Below, piece after piece: positions 56,633 through 64,000 of a stretch of 64,000 nucleotides of DNA; positions within the stretch are counted from its first letter, which is position 1; each line of letters starts with the position of its first letter. The notes beneath the pieces are model-generated. The model was given only the letters and a program-made list of their open reading frames with translations. It was not told where the DNA came from and made no database searches. The position numbers and the translations under genes were made by a program. The DNA is from a virus: positions 4,833-68,832 of IMG/VR virus record IMGVR_UViG_3300030098_006784; one strand, 5' to 3'.

Positions 56633-58102
56633 TCAAGAACTGGAGTAGCGTCCTGCGCGTTCTCGCGTGAACCCGCCAGCGATGGATCGAGGCACAACCT
56701 GGCCGCCGGGAGAAGCGCACCGCTGACGGAACAACTTCACTTGGCGCTCGAAGCGCTGCATGTGAATCGCCGCACCTTCCTGGTCGGCACCATCGTGCAG
56801 GCAGACGTAGTGCAGGATCAACTCGTAGAAAGCACTCAGCACTTCCCGGCGAATCGGCGCCGTGTCTTGCGGCGCCACCAAAGCCTCCGGCGCCCGCAGG
56901 CACTCGATGTCCAGGACATACGCCTGGTCCTGATGCGGGTAGACTCGATAGCCCATGTAGCCGGTGCTGTACTTCAGTCGACGGTTGTAGTCGGGTGTCG
57001 TTGCGCCAGTCCAGTTGTACCCCTGAGTCGGTCCCGTCTCGGCAAGGAAGTAGTAGACGCCTGCCCGGTCGACACGAGCAAAAGCTGCGTCACCCGGCGA
57101 CCCAAGATCCACCGTCTCTCGCGCGACGTACCAGCGAATCCGGTACCCGCTGTGCGTCTCCTTGGTCTCGCCTGACACGTCGAAGCCCAGCATGGCGTCA
57201 ACGTTCGTCGCGAGCATGAGGATCGACGAGTCCGCACCAGGGTTGATGATGCCCTGCTCACCCGGGGCGAACGAAACCTCAGGCGACGGCGCCGACTCCC
57301 AGATGGGGTCGGGAACATCTCCCCGGCTATGCTGATGGTCTACCGACCGCCGACCACGAACGATGGTGTAGCAGATCTTGAACTCGCCGTGGCGCTCAGG
57401 ACCGACCCAAGTGTTCCGGGGACCGTTGACCACCAACGGCGCCAGCTGAGGCGCCTGAAGCTGGTAGTGATGTCCCGGGTAGACCTCCGACGGCGGACCG
57501 TTGGTCTGGCCTCGACGGTCAATGTAGAAACCCCGCTGAGCCGTACCCAACGAGATGGGGAGCAGACGCGTGCGGTTGTCATCGAAGAGGCGCAGCTCCA
57601 GCATCTGCATGACATCGGAGGACATGAAGAACTGCGGCTGATAGATTCGGAAGTCCATCAGCGTATCCGTGGTGTTGTGCCAGGGACGGTCGAGGGTGAC
57701 GTAGTAGTCCGAGCCGTCTTGGAAGAACTCCATGGACTGTCGGCGGGACCAGTTCGTCCCTCCGTCCGCGGTCACCTCGAGGTGCATCACCCCATTCCAC
57801 GTACCGTCAATGACGGGCACCCAAGAACTGAGCGACGCGCCAGTGTCCGTAGTGAACTTCAGAACCAGCTCGTCCGAAGTAGCGTTCAGACGCGCAGCGA
57901 CATCTGTGTTTGAGCCCACCACATCGGCCAGAAGGTCGATGTGCTCGATGGAGGGCACAAGCGCTTCAGGCACTTCACCCGCAAGACGATCGAGCGCCAT
58001 GTTGATGGAATCACGCACACGCTCGGTCTGCTTCGTCGAAGGGCTCGACCAGGCACGCAGGTTGAAGATGCGCGATTCAATGGCGGAAAGGGAGACGTCC
58101 AT
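56633..58102 (-). CDS. Head-tail adaptor / tubular protein A-like with insertions
   Basis: N-terminal helices (VRDSINMALDRL); C-terminal L....D..PI..E...LILHY pattern. Confidence 0.7.
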   Translation of the reverse strand: MDVSLSAIESRIFNLRAWSSPSTKQTERVRDSINMALDRLAGEVPEALVPSIEHIDLLADVVGSNTDVAARLNATSDELVLKFTTDTGASLSSWVPVIDGTWNGVMHLEVTADGGTNWSRRQSMEFFQDGSDYYVTLDRPWHNTTDTLMDFRIYQPQFFMSSDVMQMLELRLFDDNRTRLLPISLGTAQRGFYIDRRGQTNGPPSEVYPGHHYQLQAPQLAPLVVNGPRNTWVGPERHGEFKICYTIVRGRRSVDHQHSRGDVPDPIWESAPSPEVSFAPGEQGIINPGADSSILMLATNVDAMLGFDVSGETKETHSGYRIRWYVARETVDLGSPGDAAFARVDRAGVYYFLAETGPTQGYNWTGATTPDYNRRLKYSTGYMGYRVYPHQDQAYVLDIECLRAPEALVAPQDTAPIRREVLSAFYELILHYVCLHDGADQEGAAIHMQRFERQVKLFRQRCASPGGQVVPRSIAGGFTRERAGRYSSS

Positions 58103-58116
58103 ATCTGAATTGTAGC

Positions 58117-58155
58117 CTCAAACGAAAGAAGGGCCCAGCCGAAGCGGGGCCCTTC
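58117..58155 (-). terminator. Rho-independent terminator after capsid and decoration genes
   Basis: GAAGGGCCCcgcTTCGgctGGGCCCTTC followed by TTTCGTTT on the minus strand. Confidence 0.85.
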
Positions 58156-58174
58156 AGAACGGTACGTCGCCGTA

Positions 58175-58708
58175 TCAGCCGGGGAAATGCACCATAGCCT
58201 GGGCATAGCCCGCCGTGGTAGCGCCTTCGGCCTCGAGAGCGTAGCCGACAACCGCCGTGTTGGCGCCCGCAGCGATGGTGTCAACCTCGCCAGCGGTGTT
58301 GTTGCCGTCGGAGGCGAGAAGGTCCGCCGCCGCAACGCCGGTTTCCGCTTCCACAACACACGCGCCGGACTTGATGATCCAACCGTAGCTGCCCGACGCA
58401 ATCGCGTGGTCGGCGATACCGACCAAGTTGGGCCACACGTTGGTCTCCGACGCAGCGTCCTCGGCGACGACGAAGGGCGTCGTCAGGGCGTTGCGCTTGC
58501 AGAGCGACCCCGCCGCAATCGCGGCAGCAGCCTGGACGAAGATCCACACGCGATCACCGTCGAGAAGCGAGTAGGTCGCCGAGGTGTCAACCCCGGAGTT
58601 GCCCACACGAACCTCAGTCGCGAGCTCCAGCCGGGTAGCTCCCAGCGGGTACGCCTCGTGCTCGTAGGTGTCGCTGAAGGGGGAAGTGCTGACCTGGTTT
58701 CCAGCCAT
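58175..58708 (-). CDS. Capsid decoration/cement protein
   Basis: Follows capsid; YPLG..W.FVQA...I..G..VGIA..AI..G.YGWI..G pattern; SD AGGAGG. Confidence 0.75.
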   Translation of the reverse strand: MAGNQVSTSPFSDTYEHEAYPLGATRLELATEVRVGNSGVDTSATYSLLDGDRVWIFVQAAAAIAAGSLCKRNALTTPFVVAEDAASETNVWPNLVGIADHAIASGSYGWIIKSGACVVEAETGVAAADLLASDGNNTAGEVDTIAAGANTAVVGYALEAEGATTAGYAQAMVHFPG

Positions 58709-58720
58709 GTTGGCCTCCTA

Positions 58721-59794
58721 TCAGACCGCGCCGCCGGCAATGCAGCCGAGCGCGGGGAAGTTGGTGATGACAGTGTTGAACTGGGTCGAGAACTTCGCGG
58801 TAACCACGTCCTGGTCGCCGACCCGCTCCTTGAACTTGTCCAGGGTGGGCTTGGCCTGCAAGCACAGCTGGATGTGGTCCGTGTTGAACAGGTAGCCAAC
58901 GCCCGTGCTGGTGCTGACGGTGGCGCCAGTACCGGTAGCGGAGAAGTTGGTGTCGCTGCGGTCCAGGTCGATGCTGCTCAACACCTTGGCCATGCCGAGG
59001 TCCAGGGCGAGCATGTTGGACTTCTCCGTCTTGTCCTCGACGAGACTCAGGCGGACGCTGGCCAGCCGGTCGTTGTCGAAGTTGGTGAAGGAGTCGTCGT
59101 CCATGATGACGAGGTCGGGACCCTTGTTCATACCGCTGTGGTGCGCGCACTTGCGGTACTGCTTGCGGTAGGTCTCCATGCCGTCCGTACCCCAGGCGGT
59201 GATCTCACCGTACTGGTTGTAGTGGAAGTAGCTGGAGCTCTTGGCCACGTTCTGCACCGTCTCGTTCTGCGAGGCGATGGGCTCGAAGTCGAGCAGACCG
59301 TTGGCAACGCCGGTACCGACGCCCGTGGTGATGTGCCCGTTGAAGGTGGTCAGACCGAGCAGCTCGGCAGTCTGGAAGACCAGGCCGCGAGAGGAACCGG
59401 TGAGCAGGTAGGAGTTGATGTCGCCGGAGGCGGCCTCAAGCGTGGTCTTCGGGTACTCCTCGAGGAGACGCACAACAGCCCGCTGACCGGAGTTCATCTG
59501 CAACTCCTTGTTCGGGATGTTGATCGCGATGACCAGTCGGTGGGGCTCGACCTGGTAACGACGGATTTCCTGACGACGCTGCATGTTCAGCAGCTCGTCT
59601 CCGACGAAGACGCCGACGCCGCGGGCAGGAGCTCCGCCAGCGAAGGTCCGCTCGAAGAAGGTCCCGCCGTCGATCGGCATCTTGGACTTCTTCTGCAGCA
59701 TCATCCAGAGCTCGCTGCTCCGCATGAAACTGTTGACCAGCGGACCACGAAGGTCGGCGAACGTGGTGTTCAGAACTTCAGTGGTGATGGACAT
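58721..59794 (-). CDS. Major capsid protein (357 aa)
   Basis: MSITTEVLNTT start with SD GAGGA; IDGG; ELQMNSG..AVVRLLE; PDLVIMD; GYLFNTDHI; strong codon bias. Confidence 0.88.
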   Translation of the reverse strand: MSITTEVLNTTFADLRGPLVNSFMRSSELWMMLQKKSKMPIDGGTFFERTFAGGAPARGVGVFVGDELLNMQRRQEIRRYQVEPHRLVIAINIPNKELQMNSGQRAVVRLLEEYPKTTLEAASGDINSYLLTGSSRGLVFQTAELLGLTTFNGHITTGVGTGVANGLLDFEPIASQNETVQNVAKSSSYFHYNQYGEITAWGTDGMETYRKQYRKCAHHSGMNKGPDLVIMDDDSFTNFDNDRLASVRLSLVEDKTEKSNMLALDLGMAKVLSSIDLDRSDTNFSATGTGATVSTSTGVGYLFNTDHIQLCLQAKPTLDKFKERVGDQDVVTAKFSTQFNTVITNFPALGCIAGGAV

Positions 59795-59941
59795 GTGTGG
59801 ATCCTCTTGGCCGCGAGACGCACAGGCAGACTCGCAGCCCTTCAGGGGTGCGTGATTGAAAGCAGCAAATTGCTCTCGCCTGCCTGTGTGCGGTTCAACG
59901 AGGGGTCTCTTTCGAGCTGCCCAACCTACAGGTGCGTGCTG

Positions 59942-59970
59942 AGCATCACCTGCGAGATCCTTAACGTCAA
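59942..59970 (-). promoter_or_regulatory. Capsid promoter TTGACG-17-GATGCT
   Basis: Consensus spacing, about 140 nt upstream of the capsid ATG. Confidence 0.55.
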
Positions 59971-60035
59971 GACATTTCGTGAAGAAAGTTGACCGTCTCG
60001 CAACGAATGCAGACCGAAAGAGATAGACTGCCCTC

Positions 60036-61697
60036 GTGACGATCGCGACCCAACCGACCGATAAGCCGCGCCCAGAGGGCTTTCGCGGCGCCGTTTTTGC
60101 CGAACACGAGAAGATCGACCGTCGCTTGGTCGAAGCAGTCTTCAGCCGGCCCGACGCGTTTGTGAGCCTGTGTACCATCGTTCGCGAGAACGAGTCGACC
60201 GGCTTCCTGGACCCCACTCTTACGCAGCGGAAGGTGCTCGAAGCCTTCGACAACAACCGCTGGGTAATGGTCAACAAGTACCGCCAGGCCAAGATCAGTA
60301 CCTTGAGCGTGCTGCACGTCCTGCTGCGGGACTGCATGTACCTGGCCGGCGTGAAAGGGCTGCTCATCGCTGAGCGACACGACACCGCAGAAGACATCTT
60401 CGACCGCATCGTCTTCGCCTACAACAACCTGCCAGAACCACTGAAGATGCCCCTGGCACCAGGCCGAAAGGTTGGCGCCACACAGCTGCACTTCGCTCAC
60501 GGCGGCAACATCAAGATTCTGACCGCAGGAGGTCGCGCACCTTCCGTCGGTCGCTCGCCTGACCGATTGGTCATCACCGAATGGGGTGAAGCAGACTGGC
60601 AGGAAAAGGCTGCCATCAACATCTTCCCGTCGATCAACAAGCGCCCGAACGCGCGCGTTGTCGTCGAGTCCACGCCGGGTCGAGCCGGCTCGCACCACTA
60701 CACGATGTGGGAGAGCGCGCTGGAGGGACGCAGCCGATTCCACCCGGTCTTCCTCGAGTGGTGGCGCGACGACACCTGCGCGAGCCCCACGCACAACTTC
60801 AAGCCCACCCCGACAGAGCTCGAGTACCTGGCCCGCCACGAGGGCATGACGAACGACAACCTGGCCTTCAGGCGGATGGCGATCAACACGGAGTTCGTCG
60901 GAGACCAGCGGCTGTTCGGCGCCAAGTACCCCAGCGACCCCTACGACGGTTGGCTCGGCAGCATGGCGCCCGTCATTCCGAAGGACGTACTCGACGACTT
61001 GCTTCGGACGGGAATCAACCCGCCGCCTATCTCTCCCTCGGGCTGTCACGAGCTCAGCCCGCCCGACGATCGAACGGTCTACCTCATCACCGCAGACCCT
61101 GCGGGATACGGCGCCGCAGGAGACCCCAGCGCGCTGATTGTCTGGGACACACGAACCTTCAAGGACGTCGCCTTCTGGCAAGGACGAGAACCGCCCGACC
61201 GATTCGCTCAACGACTGCAACGCGTACAAGAGCGCTACTCGGGCTCGGCAGGACTGGCTCGCCTGGCTGTCGAGTCCAACGCTCAAGCCACCATCGCCAT
61301 CCTTCGAGACATGCGCGCGAAGGGACTCATTTGGACCGACCGCAATCATCCCGGCTGGTACGCCACGATGAAGCGGCTGCAGAAGGCAGAAGCACGTCTG
61401 GTGCAGCTGCTGCGTCAGCGTGATCTTGAGATCCGATGCAAGCCTGTGCTGCATGAGCTGCTGCACTACGACGGCAGCGACCGGAACAAAAGACGGGACG
61501 GACACCACTTCGACCTGAGCCGTTGTGTCATCATCGCTGCCGACTTGCTCGCTCGACGAGCGTTCGTTCCTCAAGATAGAAGCAGTCAACAGCAAACCCG
61601 TACACCCGGTATGCTGACCGTCGCTGACCTGGACAAGGTAGACAGTTTGGAGCGCGACAAGTTCGAGAGCCCCTTCAAGTCCCCGCCGCAGTGGTAG
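60036..61697 (+). CDS. terL: Terminase large subunit
   Basis: KYRQAKIST, LVITE, VVESTP, FLEWW, YPS, TADPA.G..D, VESN, HFD. Confidence 0.92.
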   Translation: MTIATQPTDKPRPEGFRGAVFAEHEKIDRRLVEAVFSRPDAFVSLCTIVRENESTGFLDPTLTQRKVLEAFDNNRWVMVNKYRQAKISTLSVLHVLLRDCMYLAGVKGLLIAERHDTAEDIFDRIVFAYNNLPEPLKMPLAPGRKVGATQLHFAHGGNIKILTAGGRAPSVGRSPDRLVITEWGEADWQEKAAINIFPSINKRPNARVVVESTPGRAGSHHYTMWESALEGRSRFHPVFLEWWRDDTCASPTHNFKPTPTELEYLARHEGMTNDNLAFRRMAINTEFVGDQRLFGAKYPSDPYDGWLGSMAPVIPKDVLDDLLRTGINPPPISPSGCHELSPPDDRTVYLITADPAGYGAAGDPSALIVWDTRTFKDVAFWQGREPPDRFAQRLQRVQERYSGSAGLARLAVESNAQATIAILRDMRAKGLIWTDRNHPGWYATMKRLQKAEARLVQLLRQRDLEIRCKPVLHELLHYDGSDRNKRRDGHHFDLSRCVIIAADLLARRAFVPQDRSSQQQTRTPGMLTVADLDKVDSLERDKFESPFKSPPQW

Positions 61698-61767
61698 TTG
61701 ACGAAACAGGGTTCAACGGGCATACTGGAGCCGTAGGGTAAAATTGCCCGAGGTACGTGGAGAGTAC

Positions 61768-63519
61768 ATGTCTGCCGTGGTTGCAAATGCCCCGAAGCCC
61801 ATCGGCCCGAGCGCCGACCAGCTGAAGCGCCTCATCGAGGCGAGCAAGGGCTCCTTCGACCTCGAGGAGCGCAGCGACTTCGAGCGTGCCCGTCGGTACT
61901 ACCGAGGCGACTTCTTCAAGGGCATGAAGGACGTCGCGACGGACTCGACGCCGATGATGCTCTGCAGCAAGAACATCATCTACGCCATCGCAGACAGTGC
62001 CATCAGCGGGCTGTTGGGTCCCAACCCCCAGGTGGCTGCCGTGCCTCGGTCGCAGGCGGCTGCTGACAAACTTCCCGAAGCCAACGGTCTGCTCGAGTAC
62101 GTCTTCGACGCCAACCGCATGCGCCGTCGCGCTTCCATCGCCCTCACCGACGCCGTCCTGTGCAAGCGCGGCATCTTCAAGACGACCTGGGATCCCATTA
62201 AGGACATCCCCAAGATCAGCGTTGTCGACCCGGGGCGCCTGTTCTTCGACCTCTCCGTGCGTGATGTCGACGACATCCGCTACTGGCTCGAAGCCACGGT
62301 GATTCCTTTCGGCGAGTTCCAGGCGCGCGTCGCCAAGGGCTTGTACGACGCCGAGGCTGCGCGGTCGGTTCAGCCCAACAACTACCCGCGGTGGTTGGCG
62401 GACACGGGTCAGCTCGACGAGCAGCTGAAGACGATGAACACCACCAAGTGGGTCACCGTCTGGGAGTACTACGACCGGGTCGATCGTGCGGTCGTCCACT
62501 ACGTCGACGGCGGCAACGTGGTGATGCGGGACAAGATGGTGTACTCGCCGTACAGCATGTTCTCGCTCAACCACAACGGCGTGGACTGCCGCGGACTCTC
62601 CGAGGTGCAGCTGGTTCTCGACCAACAGCGCACCATCAACGACCTTCTGTCCCACTGGAAGAAGATCACGTATCTGCAGATCCCGCGCATCCTGTTCAAC
62701 GCCGGGCTGCTCACGAACGCTGAGCTGGACAAGGCGGTCAACGCCGCGACCGGTGCGTTCGTCCCCGTGAACTTGCAAGACCCCGAGGCGCTCCGTGCGC
62801 TTCGCGAAGTCTTCTTCCAGCTCCCGATGCCGGAGACTCCTGAGGGCGTCATCCAGTTCATCCAGCGCGAAGAAGACGACGCCGCCTTCATCAGCGCGCT
62901 GGCGGAGATGGCTCGAGGTCGCATGACGGGCGCGAAGACCGCTACCGAGGTCGCCGTCGTTGAAGCGCAGATGCGCAACCGCCTCTCTACGCGTGAGGGT
63001 CACTTCAACGGCGCGGTCGAAGACGTCGCCGGCAAGTGCTTCTTCCTGTGCCAGCAGTACATGCAGAAGGAGAAGATGATCCAGCTCGCCGGGGCGCAGA
63101 CCTGGAACGCCGTGTCCCTGGACGGCATCTCCGACATCGAGGTGGACTTCAAGATGGTGGCGTACAACCCCATCAAGCAGAACCCCGCAGTCATGGCGGA
63201 GAGCATCATCCAGCTGGCGCCGCTGATGCTCGCGGACGAGAACGTCGACCGACGCGCCATCATGGAGAGCCTGGTCGAGGCGATGGGTCTGCCTCGCAAG
63301 ACCATCAAGGACCTGACCGTGGTTGAGGAGGAGAAGGCTGCTGCCGAAGGCATGGCCCTCCAGGCATCTTTGGGCGGAGCAGCAGCTGCTATGCCCATGG
63401 GGCCCCCGGAAGAGATGCTCGCTGGGCCGCCAGCAGAGGGTGATGTTGTCCCCCTGCCTGAGGGACCGGCGGCGTTCCCAGGCGGGGGCGGGTCTCCTGG
63501 GAGAGACGTGGTCGAGTAG
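61768..63519 (+). CDS. Portal protein (P22/T7-like)
   Basis: Follows TerL; NIIY, DAVLCKRGIFK, VDP...FFD, VWEYYD, QRTIN, RG....KTATEV. Confidence 0.9.
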   Translation: MSAVVANAPKPIGPSADQLKRLIEASKGSFDLEERSDFERARRYYRGDFFKGMKDVATDSTPMMLCSKNIIYAIADSAISGLLGPNPQVAAVPRSQAAADKLPEANGLLEYVFDANRMRRRASIALTDAVLCKRGIFKTTWDPIKDIPKISVVDPGRLFFDLSVRDVDDIRYWLEATVIPFGEFQARVAKGLYDAEAARSVQPNNYPRWLADTGQLDEQLKTMNTTKWVTVWEYYDRVDRAVVHYVDGGNVVMRDKMVYSPYSMFSLNHNGVDCRGLSEVQLVLDQQRTINDLLSHWKKITYLQIPRILFNAGLLTNAELDKAVNAATGAFVPVNLQDPEALRALREVFFQLPMPETPEGVIQFIQREEDDAAFISALAEMARGRMTGAKTATEVAVVEAQMRNRLSTREGHFNGAVEDVAGKCFFLCQQYMQKEKMIQLAGAQTWNAVSLDGISDIEVDFKMVAYNPIKQNPAVMAESIIQLAPLMLADENVDRRAIMESLVEAMGLPRKTIKDLTVVEEEKAAAEGMALQASLGGAAAAMPMGPPEEMLAGPPAEGDVVPLPEGPAAFPGGGGSPGRDVVE

Positions 63520-63527
63520 CTCGAGGA

Positions 63528-63920
63528 CTACAGCGCCTTTCCGCCGTGCATCGGCTTGCGGTACTCGTTGTACGCGGTCTTGATCTCGATCACCGAACCG
63601 AGGTCAATCTGCAAGAACTCCGCCAGATCCATGCACCGGATGATGACGTCCGCGAGCTCAGACGCGATGCCTTGCGGCTTCCCGTTCTCGTCGATGAAAA
63701 ACGCCGGCTGGTCTTCGCGCACAGACTCAGCAGCTTCCGCCCCTTCGCTGTGAATCAGCGCCAGCTTGGTGCAAACGATGAGCCGGCGGACATGATCAGC
63801 CAACGGCTCGTGAGCGGGGAAGTTGAGCGTCGCCTCAAGGAGCTCAAGGTCCTTGTCCCAGAAACCTTTGCTCTTCGCTGTTTGATGAATGCGGCGCTGC
63901 AGCCTGTGCATAGAACTCAT
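63528..63920 (-). CDS. MazG-like NTP pyrophosphohydrolase
   Basis: KLALIHSE.AEA.E..R, SELADVIIRCMD, K..YN..R..MHGGK. Confidence 0.85.
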   Translation of the reverse strand: MSSMHRLQRRIHQTAKSKGFWDKDLELLEATLNFPAHEPLADHVRRLIVCTKLALIHSEGAEAAESVREDQPAFFIDENGKPQGIASELADVIIRCMDLAEFLQIDLGSVIEIKTAYNEYRKPMHGGKAL

Positions 63921-63943
63921 TGGGGTCTTTACCTACGACATCA

Positions 63944-63990
63944 TTGATGATTCGTCAATGCTGTAGTGACATTCATTGACAATTTAGCAA
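63944..63990. promoter_or_regulatory. Divergent promoters with TTG-N9-CAA operators and phased TGACA
   Basis: TTGACGaatcaTCAA (minus, 63944-63958); TTGACAatttaGCAA (plus, 63976-63990); TGACA at 63967 and 63977. Confidence 0.7.
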
Positions 63991-64000
63991 CTGACGGCTA

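Noticed and set aside
59900-59925. c-di-GMP-I riboswitch in the capsid leader
   Set aside because: Only a GAAA tetraloop hairpin matches; the conserved junction and second stem are not evident
59795-60409. 205-aa N-terminal extension of the capsid ORF in the track
   Set aside because: Overlaps terL antisense and the promoter region; SD-supported ATG at 59794

Overview
The window is most of the genome of a GC-rich (~65% by eye) tailed dsDNA phage, probably podovirus-like. No integrase, tRNA, CRISPR array or phage RNA polymerase was recognised. Layout: 0-16.4 kb early/accessory genes (DUF932, Cys-rich proteins, probable small terminase, Cu/Zn SOD, Rad50-like ATPase, a candidate ncRNA); 16.5-21 kb displaced virion and lysis block; 21-31 kb replication module (DUF927/Cch-like helicase with no primase domain, family-A polymerase split by one in-frame TGA from its UDG-exonuclease half, SSB, AAA protein, Cas4-like nuclease, SNF2 helicase, XRE regulator); 31-60 kb tail, internal virion and capsid genes including a 4785-aa polyvalent protein; 60-64 kb large terminase, portal and MazG-like gene. 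Main observations: (1) a replisome with no recognisable primase whose PolA has His in place of the steric-gate Glu and sits beside a Cch-like helicase; (2) a giant virion protein with about four ADP-ribosyltransferase-like domains between two zincin motifs; (3) two genome-wide operator families (TTGAC-N6-GCAA and 10-bp-phased TGACA) plus many apparently leaderless genes; (4) a stand-alone ~160-nt structured RNA. All family assignments come from motifs read by eye; no database search was run.
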